NCBI GenBank assembly: GCA_948436025.1
Contig: CAOJHH010000004.1
Location: 1-56,585, forward strand
DNA length: 56,585 bases
Origin: an uncultured Clostridium sp.
GTDB taxonomy: Bacteria > Bacillota > Clostridia > TANB77 > CAG-508
Direction of reading: 5' to 3'
Shown: positions 21,397 to 33,061 of the stretch, one piece after another
How the letters are laid out: the number at the start of each line of letters is the position of its first letter
Numbering within the stretch: position 1 is the first letter of the stretch
Notes under the pieces: model-generated
The model's input: the letters and a program-made list of their open reading frames with translations, nothing else
The model's database searches: none
Told to the model about the DNA's origin: nothing
Made by a program: the position numbers and the translations under genes

Positions 21397-22131
21397 CTAC
21401 ATCATGCCAAATAGCATTCCAATTAGATTAAATAATCCTGTTGTAATCCAACCAATAATTGGCGAAATCAATTTTCCGGCAAGACCTGTTATCCATAAAA
21501 TTAGAAATGCAATATAAAAGTATTGTTGATAAGTATCCAGCCATGTTTTTACTTTATAAGACATGAAGTTTCGAAAAATTTTGCTACCATCTAGTGGTGG
21601 AAGTGGAATTAAATTAAACACACCAAGTCCCACATTCACAATAGCAGCCGATTGAATCATAATCATCACATAAAAGCCAATTTGTGAAATAGCAAAACTT
21701 GGAAAGAATTTGCCAATCACAAAATAAAGAAGAGTAAACACAATTGCTAAAACAAAATTCATAGCTGGACCTGCCACCGAAACAATCGCCTCTCCTGCTG
21801 ACATAGAATGTTTCCTATCAAAATTTCGCGGATTAATCTCAACTGGTTTTCCCCATCCAATATGAGCAAAAATAAGTAGTACAAAACCAATTGGATCCAT
21901 ATGGCTAAGTGGGTTTAAATTCAATCTTCCTTGCATTTTGGGTGTATCATCCCCTAATTTGTATGCCGCAAATGCATGAGCAAATTCATGAAATGTAATC
22001 GCAACAATAACTCCTGGAAGGGTTAATAATAAAGTAACTATTTCCAGTTTCCCCATACTCATCATTCCATAAATCACACTAATTCCTAAAATAATATATA
22101 AAATTCGTTTATCATAAGAAAAATGAAACAT
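21397..22131 (-). CDS. site-2 protease (M50 family)
   Basis: HEFAH, AGPAMN, FNLIPLPPLDG. Confidence 0.93.
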   Translation of the reverse strand: MFHFSYDKRILYIILGISVIYGMMSMGKLEIVTLLLTLPGVIVAITFHEFAHAFAAYKLGDDTPKMQGRLNLNPLSHMDPIGFVLLIFAHIGWGKPVEINPRNFDRKHSMSAGEAIVSVAGPAMNFVLAIVFTLLYFVIGKFFPSFAISQIGFYVMIMIQSAAIVNVGLGVFNLIPLPPLDGSKIFRNFMSYKVKTWLDTYQQYFYIAFLILWITGLAGKLISPIIGWITTGLFNLIGMLFGMM

Positions 22132-22185
22132 AACCTCTCTCCTTTACCTTATTACAAATCTTGTTTTAATTTATTTATGTGCCTT

Positions 22186-22869
22186 TTAAAACTCCTTAAT
22201 CGTTTTAAACATAAACTCTAATTTATTGATAACCTTTTCAGTATGATAATGGCCACAGTACCATTTTTTATAATGAAGTCTATTCTCTACAGTATCTAAA
22301 AATTTTTCTGTATCTTGGTCTACTTTTGACTGGTCTATTCCTTGTAGAAATACTTCATATGGTAAATACTTGTATGGACAAGTATGAGTTAAAACCACAT
22401 CGACATTCAAATTATTTTTAATCATTTCTAAAACTTTACTTTTTGTTTCTTCACTTGGTTGTTCGTTCTTCCACCATCCTAATTTTCTTAATATTCTTAT
22501 TTCTTTATCAACGCTATATGCTCCACCTATAACTAATACCTTTTTATTATTTAAGTTATAAATTTCTCCATCTTTTGCAAAAAGTAAACTAGGATATTTC
22601 TTTTCGCAATATACAATACCACCTTTAAAAATTCTTTCTTTGTATGTATCTATATTTTCTGGTCGTTGTTCATGATTACCGTGAATACAAAATAGAGTAA
22701 TTGGTAAACTATTTAATTGTTGTTTTAATTCAATATCTTTTTGTCCATAATAATTTATTCCCGCATCTCCTAAAATAATTAGAATATCATCTTTTGTAGT
22801 ATGAATAGTGTAACACAAATCTAATACTCTTGTAAATTCTCGGTGCATATCTCCTGTTATATAAATCAT
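22186..22869 (-). CDS. metallophosphoesterase
   Basis: ITGDMH, LGD, GNHE, THTCP, CGHYH. Confidence 0.88.
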   Translation of the reverse strand: MIYITGDMHREFTRVLDLCYTIHTTKDDILIILGDAGINYYGQKDIELKQQLNSLPITLFCIHGNHEQRPENIDTYKERIFKGGIVYCEKKYPSLLFAKDGEIYNLNNKKVLVIGGAYSVDKEIRILRKLGWWKNEQPSEETKSKVLEMIKNNLNVDVVLTHTCPYKYLPYEVFLQGIDQSKVDQDTEKFLDTVENRLHYKKWYCGHYHTEKVINKLEFMFKTIKEF

Positions 22870-22958
22870 ATTTTTTTCCTCTTTGCAATTATCGTTTTTA
22901 ATCCATTCATTTATTATCATTTTCTTACCAAATATTATATTGTGTATTTTTAATAAAT

Positions 22959-23753
22959 TTACTTATTTAAAACCTCTTCATAAACCGCAATTTCTAGTAA
23001 TTCTTCCAATGTACTTTTACAATTGCTCTTTACTCTATTTTGTTTTTTCTCTAAATTCTCAATATTTACTACTGAAATTATTTGTGGATTATATATTTTG
23101 CTATAGTCTTGTTCACTCATTACACAATTTATGTTTAAATCACAAATCATTCCATCCCATCTATAATATGAATGATAATATAACTCATTAAACATACTAG
23201 AACATTTAGCAGTTACTGCTTCTCCTTTTTTAAGGAATTTAAGTAAGAACAACGTATTTACATGGCAATTTCTATTTAAATCTGCATTCTGAATATAAGT
23301 TGCAATCTCTTTATTTTCACTATAATATTCATTTGCAAAAAAGAAATTATATTTTCCTAAGCAAGATTCTATATTAACGGAATTATCCTCCATATCATAT
23401 ATTTTGTCTATCAATCCCACATCAACTAATCCATCTACAAAAGCCTGTACATTACTTGCATTTTTAGTAATCTTTTTTATGGCATAATCCAAATATGTTT
23501 TATCATTAAATGCATATTTACTTAAAATCTTATGAAATTCCTCAAAAAATTGTGGTTGTGCAACCGTTAATTGAAATAAAGAATCAAAAACATCATAATC
23601 ATTATGTGCAAATTTATTTTCTTTTCTAAAATCTACATTACAAAACTTACTATACTCATCGATAACTTTTTTTAAAATTTCCATCTGCTTTGTTTTATTT
23701 TCTGCTTCCCAATTATCACAAATGAAATCTAAATCAATTTTTTCTTTCATCAT
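22959..23753 (-). CDS. hypothetical protein
   Basis: long ORF with GGAG RBS; no recognised motif. Confidence 0.65.
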   Translation of the reverse strand: MMKEKIDLDFICDNWEAENKTKQMEILKKVIDEYSKFCNVDFRKENKFAHNDYDVFDSLFQLTVAQPQFFEEFHKILSKYAFNDKTYLDYAIKKITKNASNVQAFVDGLVDVGLIDKIYDMEDNSVNIESCLGKYNFFFANEYYSENKEIATYIQNADLNRNCHVNTLFLLKFLKKGEAVTAKCSSMFNELYYHSYYRWDGMICDLNINCVMSEQDYSKIYNPQIISVVNIENLEKKQNRVKSNCKSTLEELLEIAVYEEVLNK

Positions 23754-23823
23754 TTTCTCCTCTACTTTGAATAGTATTAAGGTATTCATATCATTATATC
23801 CTATTCATAATATAATTTTTAGC

Positions 23824-25326
23824 TTACACAAGTGGTTTCATTGTTGGGAATAGTAGCACATCACGAATTGAGGCTGAATCGGTTAGTAGCATGATTAATC
23901 GGTCAATTCCCATTCCTAATCCACCTGTTGGTGGTAGACCGATTTCTAGACTTTGTACAAAGTCTTCGTCCATCATGTTGGCTTCTTCGTCTCCTGCTTC
24001 TCTTGCTTCTACTTGTTTTTTGAATCTTTCGTATTGGTCGATTGGGTCGTTTAATTCTGAATAAGCGTTGCCATACTCTCTTCCTCCAATGAATAATTCA
24101 AATCGCTCGGTTAGTCTTGGGTCTGTTGGTTTTCTTTTGGTTAATGGTGATACTTCTACTGGGTAATCGTAAATAAAGGTTGGCTCTATTAGGGTTTCTT
24201 CTACATATTCTTCAAAGAAAATGTTAATGATGTTTCCTCTTGTTTTTTTGATATCATCTACTTGTAATTTTCTTTCTTCGACTAGTTTTACTGCTTCTTC
24301 GTCTGTATTAATTTGGCTAAAGTCAATTCCCGTTACTTCTTTAATGGCATCAATCATCGTAATTCTTTTCCAAGATGGCGTTAAATCAATCTCCGTTCCT
24401 TGATAAGTAATTTTTGTGGTTCCTAGAATATTTTTGGCAATGGTAGATACCATTTCTTCAGTAATGTTCATCATATCATTATAATCTTCATAAGCAGCAT
24501 ACAATTCCATAGAAGTGAATTCTGGATTATGTTTTAAATCCATTCCTTCATTTCGAAATAATCTTCCTATTTCATATACTTTATCAAACCCACCAACAAT
24601 TAAACGTTTTAAATATAATTCTGGTGCAATTCTTAAATACATATCAATATCTAATGCATTATGATGTGTTACAAATGGTCTTGCGGTTGCTCCTCCTGCA
24701 ATGGTATTTAAAATTGGTGTTTCTACTTCTATATAACCTTTGGTATCTAAAAAATCTCTCATTTCTTTGATGATGCGACTTCTTAATTCAAACGTCTTTT
24801 TTACTTCTGGGTTTACAATTAAATCCGTATATCTTTGGCGATAACGTAAATCTGGGTCCTTTAACCCATGGAATTTTTCTGGAAGTGGTCGTAAGGATTT
24901 TGTTAGTAATGTTACATTTTTGGCATGTACCGATATTTCTTCGGTTCTGGTTTTAAAAACAAAACCAGTAATACCTATAATATCTCCAATATCATAAGTT
25001 TTAAATTCTTTGTAACTTTCTTCTCCTAAATCATTAATACTAACATAGCTTTGTATTTCTTCATCACAATCTTGAATGGTACAAAAAGAGGCTTTTCCCA
25101 TAATTCTTTTTGCAATAATTCTTCCTGCAATTGTTACATCTTTTTCCTCAAATTCTTCAAATTTTTCTTTGATTTCTCCTGCTGTATTGGTCCTATCGAA
25201 CTTCGTAATTTCAAATGGATTTTTTCCATTTTGTTGTAACTCTTCTAACTTCTCTTTTCTTACTTGCATAAGATGATTTACATCTAATTCTTGTTCTTCA
25301 TTTACATTGTTTTCTTTTTCACTCAT
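23824..25326 (-). CDS. lysS: lysine--tRNA ligase (class II)
   Basis: [39 protein letters not shown]. Confidence 0.99.
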   Translation of the reverse strand: MSEKENNVNEEQELDVNHLMQVRKEKLEELQQNGKNPFEITKFDRTNTAGEIKEKFEEFEEKDVTIAGRIIAKRIMGKASFCTIQDCDEEIQSYVSINDLGEESYKEFKTYDIGDIIGITGFVFKTRTEEISVHAKNVTLLTKSLRPLPEKFHGLKDPDLRYRQRYTDLIVNPEVKKTFELRSRIIKEMRDFLDTKGYIEVETPILNTIAGGATARPFVTHHNALDIDMYLRIAPELYLKRLIVGGFDKVYEIGRLFRNEGMDLKHNPEFTSMELYAAYEDYNDMMNITEEMVSTIAKNILGTTKITYQGTEIDLTPSWKRITMIDAIKEVTGIDFSQINTDEEAVKLVEERKLQVDDIKKTRGNIINIFFEEYVEETLIEPTFIYDYPVEVSPLTKRKPTDPRLTERFELFIGGREYGNAYSELNDPIDQYERFKKQVEAREAGDEEANMMDEDFVQSLEIGLPPTGGLGMGIDRLIMLLTDSASIRDVLLFPTMKPLV

Positions 25327-25551
25327 TTTCTTCCCTATCCTTTCTATGATATCTTATTATACCCCAGAAACTCGCTAATGTAAAGGAAAAAAGCGAAGAA
25401 ATTATCCTTTCTTCGCTTTTTTTCATTAACCCCAGTATCGCCAGAAAGTATTGCCATTAGTTTCCTGTAACGTTTATCCCAATTACTCTTATGGTAACTT
25501 TTTGTCGAAACGGAGAAAGCAAAGAGTACAAATCTTGCTTCTCCTTGCTTT

Positions 25552-26250
25552 TTAAAACTTGAAAATATAACATTCCTGGTTTTTCCGTCCATACTGTAAA
25601 GCAGCTTCATGACTGCTAAAGTAAATATCTAGTTTTTCACTTGATATTGCTCCTCCTCGGTCTTGCACTACAAACCATCCTCCATTCGGTTTATCTCTTA
25701 GTCCTGGAATATAAATGATTGTTCCGAATTCATACATTTCGCCTGCTGCAACAGTATACCACTGTATTACTTGAGATTCAGAAGCTGTTTGACCATCTTC
25801 TTTTCCGCAACACTTTATGCAAGCGCAATATGCTGATGTATTCATCATGCATATACTCGGAGTCATTCCTATTACTTTTGTACCTATTTGTGGATTTCTT
25901 GCAATTGCCTCTTTTAAAAACTTCTCCATTTCGGTTTGTCTTTCCTTGGCTAGCAAGATTTCCTCCTTGTAGATGGACATTCTAGGCTTTAGTGATTCTA
26001 TTCGAGCAGGAATGGGGAGTGTATCCATATAACGTTTTGCCTGTTCCTTTACAGAAAGATGTTCTGTCATAACTGTAGTAGAAGACATTGTGATGCCGTA
26101 TTCTTTTTCTTGTTTTTCAATGTTTTTATTAACTATGAAAATAACAAGAAAAACAATCAAACATAAACCAATGGCACCTTTTATAAAAGCCTCTGCTAAT
26201 ATGCTCCAAAACTCCTCTACTCTCCGCCTTCTTTTCATTACTGTTATCAT
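25552..26250 (-). CDS. 3D-domain cell-wall protein with N-terminal TM
   Basis: SAYC, TAS, QDRGGAI, LDIYF, YGRK. Confidence 0.8.
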   Translation of the reverse strand: MITVMKRRRRVEEFWSILAEAFIKGAIGLCLIVFLVIFIVNKNIEKQEKEYGITMSSTTVMTEHLSVKEQAKRYMDTLPIPARIESLKPRMSIYKEEILLAKERQTEMEKFLKEAIARNPQIGTKVIGMTPSICMMNTSAYCACIKCCGKEDGQTASESQVIQWYTVAAGEMYEFGTIIYIPGLRDKPNGGWFVVQDRGGAISSEKLDIYFSSHEAALQYGRKNQECYIFKF

Positions 26251-26427
26251 CTTTTGATCTCCTTTCAAAAATTTCCATAGAGGAAACTTCATTTTATACT
26301 TTAAACCTATTTCTATTATACCACTTATTCAACATAAAGTCTAATTTAGATTAAATTATTGCATTTTTTGCTGTTTTATGGTAAACTAATTGTATGCTAA
26401 AAAATCACTATTTAAAGGAGAGAGATT

Positions 26428-26778
26428 ATGACTTATACCCATTTAACAAAATTTACACTTGATTCACCTAGGCTTATTAAAGAAATTATTCAGGAATTTT
26501 CCAACAATCCTGAATTCTCTTCAATTCGGGTAGAAAGATTTGACAGTTTTTGCTTTGATGTGAGTAGAATCGATTGCGAAGTAATTAAGGCTCTTAATAC
26601 TTCCAAATTGCGAATTGCTTATCTACATATTCTTATTGCCAGAAGCATTGTATTACAACAAGAAAATTCTGAACTTTGGAATCTTGTTTTTATGTTAACT
26701 TTCTACCCTACGGATTGCCTTGACCTCGACAATTACCTCGGTTCCTTAGCAGAGAAATGCCACATCTCTCTGCCGTAG
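26428..26778 (+). CDS. hypothetical protein
   Basis: AAGGAG RBS, 116-aa ORF; contains an in-frame CGG at 26527. Confidence 0.55.
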   Translation: MTYTHLTKFTLDSPRLIKEIIQEFSNNPEFSSIRVERFDSFCFDVSRIDCEVIKALNTSKLRIAYLHILIARSIVLQQENSELWNLVFMLTFYPTDCLDLDNYLGSLAEKCHISLP

Positions 26779-26797
26779 TGAAAAAAGTGCCGCGTTT

Positions 26798-28430
26798 TTA
26801 GGCGGCACTTTTTCGTAGTTCTCTTGCATGTTCTAAGGCAATGTTACTTACTTCTCCACTTGCAATTCTTGCAATTTCACGAATTGTTTCTTCTTCGTTT
26901 AATTTCTCGATACTTGTTTTTGTTATCTCGTTTTCTACCTTTTTACTAATATAGTAATTATAATCTCCTTTTGCTGCAATGGATGCTAAATGGGTAATAC
27001 ATAATACTTGATGATGGTTTGCAATTTGTTTCATTTTACCAGCTACTCGGTTTGCTGCAATTCCACTAATTCCTGTATCAATTTCATCAAAAATAAGAAT
27101 TGGCACTTGATCTACACCGGCAAGTACATGTTTTATGGCTAGCATAATTCGAGACATTTCTCCTCCTGAGGCAATTTTCGTAAGTGGTTTAAAATCATCT
27201 CCTGTATTTGTTTTAATATAGAATTCTACTTTATCTAATCCATTTTTATGAAAATGGTTGTCTTCATCAAATTCAACTTGTATTTGAAAGTTTGCTTGTT
27301 TCATTTCTAAATCTTGTAGTTCTTCCGTAATCTTATTGGATAATACTTGAGCATTATGGGTTCTTGCCAAATTCATTTGTTTTGCTAATATTACCATACT
27401 CTTTTCTAATTCTTCTCTTCTTTGTTTTAAAGCATTTCGGTATTCTTCTAAATTTTCAATTTGTTCAATTTCTTTTTTTATTTCTTCTCCATATGTTAAA
27501 ATTTCTAGTATGGTATTTCCATATTTTCGTTTTAAAGAAAATATCAAATCCAATCTTGTTTCGATTTTACTTCGTTCTTCTTCATCAAATTCTGTATCTT
27601 CTTTTAAACAACTAATATCTCTTGAAAATTCTTGTATATCATAGTAAATACTTCTTAAATTGTTTAGTTTTTCTTCATAAATAATATCCAAACCTTCTAT
27701 TTTTTCTAATGCTCTTACTGCTTTTGAAATGGAATCAATTGCATTTTCTCCAATCTCAAGGTCCACTTCTTCTAAGCCTTCAGTAATTTTTTCAGAATGT
27801 AGCATTTTGGTTCGTATTGCCTCTAAGTTTTCTTCTTCCCCTTCTTTTAGTTTTGCCTCTTCTATTTCATTTACTTGATATTGTAACAAATCTAGCTTTC
27901 TTTGCTTTTCCTTCTCATCTCCATAGTTTGCTTCTAGTTTGGCTTTTACTTCACAATATTCCTCATATTGTTTTTGGTATTTTTCTTTTAATGTCATTAT
28001 TTCCTCTCCGTACAAATCCATCTAAATATTGAATATGAGAAGTAGTGTCTAGTATGGTTTGGTTATCTTGTTGTCCATGAATATCAATAATATTTCTCAT
28101 AAATTCCTTTAATTCGTTAACCGTTACCATTCTTCCATTGATTTTACACAAATTTCTCCCATTTTGGTAAATTTCTCTAGAAATAATGATATTCCCATCA
28201 ATCGCATTTTCGTGGTTTGGCAAATACAGGCATACTTCTACAAAAGAATAGTCTTGCCCTTTTCTTATCATTTCTTTTGAAAATCGTCCTCCTGAAATAA
28301 TCGCCAAAGAATCAATAATTAATGTTTTTCCTGCACCTGTTTCTCCTGTTAACACATTTAATCCTTGGTTTAAGTCAATACTAATATCATCTATAATTCC
28401 AATGTTCTTAATATGTAAATTTGATATCAT
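26798..28430 (-). CDS. recN: DNA repair protein RecN, about 543 aa, +1 shift at CGGA (28007-28010)
   Basis: TGETGAGKT, DIHGQ, ASGGEMSR, FDEIDTG, ITHL; halves join as YLDGFV-[CGGA]-EEI. Confidence 0.95.
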
Positions 28431-28468
28431 TTTACTTCCTCCTATCTTAATTTTTTTCGTAGACTACT

Positions 28469-29275
28469 TTATACCGTCTTTCTTAGTTCTTTATGAGCCA
28501 TCTCTACTATTTGTTTTATCTTTTCTCTTTTCACAAATAAATCAAACTCATTTTTTGTTTTTTGTACATATAGCAAATATTCGATATTCCCATTTCCACC
28601 CTTTATTGGTGAATACTCTAGACTTTGTACTGTAAAACCTAAACTACTTGCATATAGCATTATCTTTTCAATCACTTTTGCATGTGTTTTTTTATCTTTT
28701 ACAATTCCATTTTTGTTTAATGCTTCTGGTCCTGCTTCAAATTGTGGTTTAATTAATACTACCATTTCTCCATTCTCTTTTAATAATTGATATGCCTTTT
28801 CTAATACGTGCGTTAAGGAAATAAATGAAACATCAATGGAAATAAAATCTACCTTTTCCCATTCTTCCGAAACTTCCTTAATGTTGGTACCTTCTAAATT
28901 AACAACCCTTTTATCTTCTTTTAAAGAATCTACTAATTGCCCATGCCCAACATCAATAGCATATACTTTTCTTACCCCATTTTGTAACATGCAATCAGTA
29001 AATCCACCAGTAGATGCTCCAATATCTATTGCTATTTTTTCCTGTAAACGAATTCCAAATGCTTCAATTGCTTTTTGTAGTTTTAGCCCACCACGGCTAA
29101 CAAATGGCAAAACTTCTCCTTTAATTTCTATCTTGCTACCTTCTTCCACCATTTTACTTGGCTTATCTACTAACTCTCCCTCTACAAAAATGCACTTTTG
29201 TTTGATTGCATACTGTGCCTTTTGTCTAGTAGAAAAATGCTTCTTTTCCACTAATAAACAATCGATTCGTTTCAT
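28469..29275 (-). CDS. tlyA: TlyA family rRNA 2'-O-methyltransferase
   Basis: VSRGGLKL, DIGASTGGFTD, DVSFISL, KPQFE, GNIEY. Confidence 0.95.
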   Translation of the reverse strand: MKRIDCLLVEKKHFSTRQKAQYAIKQKCIFVEGELVDKPSKMVEEGSKIEIKGEVLPFVSRGGLKLQKAIEAFGIRLQEKIAIDIGASTGGFTDCMLQNGVRKVYAIDVGHGQLVDSLKEDKRVVNLEGTNIKEVSEEWEKVDFISIDVSFISLTHVLEKAYQLLKENGEMVVLIKPQFEAGPEALNKNGIVKDKKTHAKVIEKIMLYASSLGFTVQSLEYSPIKGGNGNIEYLLYVQKTKNEFDLFVKREKIKQIVEMAHKELRKTV

Positions 29276-29446
29276 CCTTCTATCTCCTTAAAATCACAAA
29301 CAAATTTTTGTTTGTATTAATTATATCGTACTTTTGTTCTTTGTCAATAGTTTTTCTAAAAATTTTATTTTTTTCTTTAACTAGTACAATTACAAAATCC
29401 TCCTAGATTAGTAAAAGAGCATTCTTTTTTGAATGCTCTTTAATAT

Positions 29447-29521
29447 TGGTGACCCCTACGGGAATCGAACCCATGATTCAGCCTTGAGAGGGCTGCGTCT
29501 TAACCGCTTGACCAAGGGGCC
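29447..29521 (-). tRNA. tRNA-Glu(CTC)
   Basis: GGCCCCTTGGTCAAGCGG...CAGCC-CTCTCAA-GGCTG...GGTTCGATTCC...GGGGTCACCA cloverleaf. Confidence 0.95.
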
Positions 29522-29635
29522 TTATTGTGTAACTGGCAAGATTTCTTAAGAACCTCACTCACAGGCTTTATCTGTGCAGTAGGTCAGGTTCTTGTTTTTA
29601 TTCTTTACATAGGATACCATGTTTTTTCGTTTCTG

Positions 29636-30038
29636 TCAAATGCATTTTTGTAATATTTCGTTTAATCGTTTGTTTTGTTTGGTTAAGTATAAATATCCAA
29701 TTAGTCCTTCAAAGGCGGTAGAATACATATATTCTGTGACATCCGCGTTTTTGGGTAAATGGTGATTTCCGTGTGTTTCGTGCTCTTCTTACAATGTCTT
29801 TTTCTTCTTCGGTTAAGTCTGGCATAATTTTTTCTAATATGTGTGCTTGTGCTGCTGCTTTTACATATTGAATAGCTTCTATATGTAATTTATGCGGGTT
29901 TTGTTTCGTGGTATTAACAAGATGTGTTCGTATATATAATTCATATACCGCATCCCCTACATATGCCCATACCAGTGGTGACATGAAATTTACTTCTTCT
30001 TTTCCTTTTGTTAACATATTTTCAAATATGGTTTCCAT
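29636..30038 (-). CDS. mrnC: Mini-ribonuclease III, about 133 aa, +1 shift at CGGA (29768-29771)
   Basis: AYVGDAVYEL, VKAAAQA, RRARN; after the shift PKNAD..Y..STAFEGLIGYLYL. Confidence 0.93.
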
Positions 30039-30047
30039 ATATTCTCC

Positions 30048-30956
30048 TTATTTTACTGTTTCTATGGTAATTCTTCCCATTTTTCCGGTTCGAAAATCGT
30101 CGATGATGATACCTGCTACTCTTTCTTCATCAATATAACCTCCAGAAAGAATTGCTCCTCTTTTTTTTGCAATTCTGGTTATGATTTCGGCTACCTGTTC
30201 ATTCGGATTTTCGATTGTTTTAGTTATTGTTTCTAATTCTTCTTTTGTTATTTTGTATCTTTCTAATAGTCGTTCTTCTTTGTTTTGTATGAACCATTTT
30301 ACTAAATAAAAAGCCATTTGTGTTTTTTCTAATATTTCGTCTTTAATGGTACCAGTTACGGATAAATGCAAGCCTACTGTTTCGGATTCAAATTTTGGCC
30401 ATAAAATACCCGGAGTATCTAATAATTCAATTTCATTCGATACACGAATCCACTGTTTTTGTTTGGTAAACCCTGGTTTGTTTCCAACGCCAGCCGATGT
30501 CTTTTTTGCCATTCGATTAATCAAAGAAGATTTTCCTACATTGGGAATTCCTAAAATCATCATACGAACCGATTTCCCTACTCTTCCTTTTTGAATGCTT
30601 TTACTTACCTCTTCTTTTGCCATTTCTTTTATGGTACGAATTAATTCTTGCACTCCTACACCCGAATTAGAGTCTGTCAAAACCGCTTTTATCCCTTTAT
30701 TTTCAAAATCCTTCACCCATTTTTGGTTTTCTTTTTCCTCTGCCAAATCACATTTATTTAGTACAACGATTTTCTTCTTACTGCCTACAATTTCCTTAAT
30801 ATCTGGATTTTGACTAGAAACTGGAATACGAGCATCCAACAACTCTAATACAATATCAACTAGCTTCAAATCTTCTAAAATCTGCCTTTTGGTTTTTACC
30901 ATATGCCCCGGATACCAGTTGATGGCAACTTTAGAAATTTCCTTTCTATTATTCAT
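30048..30956 (-). CDS. rbgA: ribosome biogenesis GTPase RbgA/YlqF
   Basis: INWYPGHM, DARIP, NKCDL, GIPNVGKSS, DTPG. Confidence 0.97.
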   Translation of the reverse strand: MNNRKEISKVAINWYPGHMVKTKRQILEDLKLVDIVLELLDARIPVSSQNPDIKEIVGSKKKIVVLNKCDLAEEKENQKWVKDFENKGIKAVLTDSNSGVGVQELIRTIKEMAKEEVSKSIQKGRVGKSVRMMILGIPNVGKSSLINRMAKKTSAGVGNKPGFTKQKQWIRVSNEIELLDTPGILWPKFESETVGLHLSVTGTIKDEILEKTQMAFYLVKWFIQNKEERLLERYKITKEELETITKTIENPNEQVAEIITRIAKKRGAILSGGYIDEERVAGIIIDDFRTGKMGRITIETVK

Positions 30957-31011
30957 TTATATCCCTTCCTAATCATACTTTATATCATTTTCCCTATCTC
31001 TTCACTTTGTT

Positions 31012-31485
31012 CTAATAATTACGATATTCGTTTTGGTCTGCTCTTTCATCTAGTTTACGGTCGTATTCTTCATTTTTGTAAAACCAATCTGTTTTTTTGT
31101 CTACTGGGTGATTGGTTCTGTTTTTATCCATTAGCATATTAAAGAATACCACAATTGGTAATACCACTCCAATAAAGGATGCAAATGCGTTTGAGTAATC
31201 CGTTAGTGTAGTAGAACCTGCCATAATTCCTGTTATAATTTGGTATAAGTGGGTTCCAAAATAGCTGCCATATGCAATTAAATAGATAATCGTTCCAAAT
31301 AGATTTCTTTTTGCTACAAATGCAATGGCAAGTAACGTAACAAATAATACGATAATTTCCATGTTCATGTTCATTGCTGTAAAACCAATTTCTACTCCTA
31401 TACTTGTTGTAAATGCTACCACTAATCGAAATACCCAAAACATTACCATAAAGCTTAATAATAAATAACTAGTTAAACTTCTCAT
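31012..31485 (-). CDS. hypothetical membrane protein
   Basis: GGAGG RBS; four hydrophobic segments. Confidence 0.75.
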   Translation of the reverse strand: MRSLTSYLLLSFMVMFWVFRLVVAFTTSIGVEIGFTAMNMNMEIIVLFVTLLAIAFVAKRNLFGTIIYLIAYGSYFGTHLYQIITGIMAGSTTLTDYSNAFASFIGVVLPIVVFFNMLMDKNRTNHPVDKKTDWFYKNEEYDRKLDERADQNEYRNY

Positions 31486-31773
31486 CTTCTGTATCCTCCC
31501 AAATAATTTTAAAATTACCTTTTACATCTTTACTTCTCTTTTAAGGCATACCTATTTTATCACACTATCGCTCTTTTCGCAAATGCCTATTTTATTTTTT
31601 CACTTTTGCCTACTAAACCTTTGCCTCCATCCTTCTTTCATTGTACCTTTACTACTTTATTGTCAGTTTTAGAAAAATATTTCTTTTATCACTTTCTTTT
31701 GATTTTTATAAATATTTTTTGCTTTTTATGAAAAAATATAACATAACAATTCTAATTTTGGGAGGAAGAAGCA

Positions 31774-32459
31774 TTGAATCAAATTTTGTCTTCAAATGAA
31801 AATGGAAATTTACCTTCTTCACCATCAAGTCATAAAAATCATTCTCGTTTTTTCAAATTTCAATTTGTTTTTTGCTTGATCGGTGCCATTCTTTCTTGTG
31901 GCTATTATGTGTATTTGCAATATGATAAAAATAAACACGAAGCACTCTCTTACGAAATATTAAATCGTACCAATATTACTAGTTTATACGAAAATACCGA
32001 GTCAAATTATTCTAGTGCACGTGTAGCAAATAATAATATTTACGAAACGAACGGAACTGGTTTTTCCATTGTTGGTATTATTGAAATTAAAATCATTGGT
32101 GTTCATTATCCGATTATCAATGAATTTCGTTATGATTTATTAAAAATTGCTCCTTGCAAATTTTTTGGTCCTAACCCTAATGAAATACGGTAATTTTTGC
32201 ATTGCTGGCCATAATTATAATAACTACCAATTTTTTAGTCGCTTAAAAAAATTAAATATAGGAGATGTGATTGATATTTATGATTTAAAGCGGAGGAAAA
32301 ATCTCTTATGAAGTATATGATAGCTTTGAAACTGACTATGATGATTTATCTTGCACAAGCCAAAATACCGAAGGAAAGCGAGAAATCACCTTAGTGACTT
32401 GTAATAATATAAAAAATAAAAGAAGAGTGATAAAAGCACGTCAAAAGCCTCTACTATAA
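31774..32459 (+). CDS. sortase, about 227 aa, with two +1 shifts (CGGT 32188-32191, CGGA 32291-32294)
   Basis: TM anchor; PNEI-[CGGT]-NFCIAGHN; YDLK-[CGGA]-GKISYEV...ITLVTC...R; the catalytic His, Cys and Arg are reached only after the shifts. Confidence 0.88.
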
Positions 32460-32559
32460 GAAATAAATTCATAGTTATTCTTTCTTTTAACCATTACGAT
32501 AATCTACGACAAAAAGGATAAGCTTTTGCTTATCCTCCCAATTTCTTATTTACTTTCCA

Positions 32560-32889
32560 TTAGATATTTTTGTAATCACTAGTTTTTTTATAAGCATATA
32601 CTGCTGAAATAGCAAGTACTGCAATTACCGCAATAACAGCATAATCATCTGCACCAGTTTGTGGTAAATTAGTAGTATTGTTATATGTGCTTGCTGTATT
32701 GGTTTGAATTTGTTGTGGAACATTAATTGTTGTATCATTACCTAATGTATTATTGGTATCAATTTCATTTCCTCCAACTGTTGTAGTTTCTGGTGTAATT
32801 GTAATTGTGTCTCCTGTTGCAAATACAACGGTTGCTCCTAATAAGATTACTACTAACATTACTAAACATACTCTTTTTAAATTTGTCAT
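32560..32889 (-). CDS. small LPXTG cell-wall-anchored protein
   Basis: signal peptide, Thr/Asn-rich body, LPQTG + TM + KK tail. Confidence 0.85.
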   Translation of the reverse strand: MTNLKRVCLVMLVVILLGATVVFATGDTITITPETTTVGGNEIDTNNTLGNDTTINVPQQIQTNTASTYNNTTNLPQTGADDYAVIAVIAVLAISAVYAYKKTSDYKNI

Positions 32890-33061
32890 ATGAATTCCCT
32901 CACTTCTAAATATTTTAATATTATTATTCTTAATCTATTAATATTTATACTACATATTTTTTCTAATTGCAAGTGTTTTTTTTATTTTTTGTAAAATGTA
33001 TTTAATTTGTAATATTTCCGTAGTATAATAGTAATATTCTTACAAGAAAGGATTTTTTATC

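Noticed and set aside
25344-25610. ORF as a +1 continuation of the 3D gene after the CGG at 25585-25587
   Set aside because: Triplet reading gives the typical 3D-domain ending (YGRK..C.IF-stop). The +1 extension has no recognisable features and runs up to the lysS RBS. It cannot be fully excluded.
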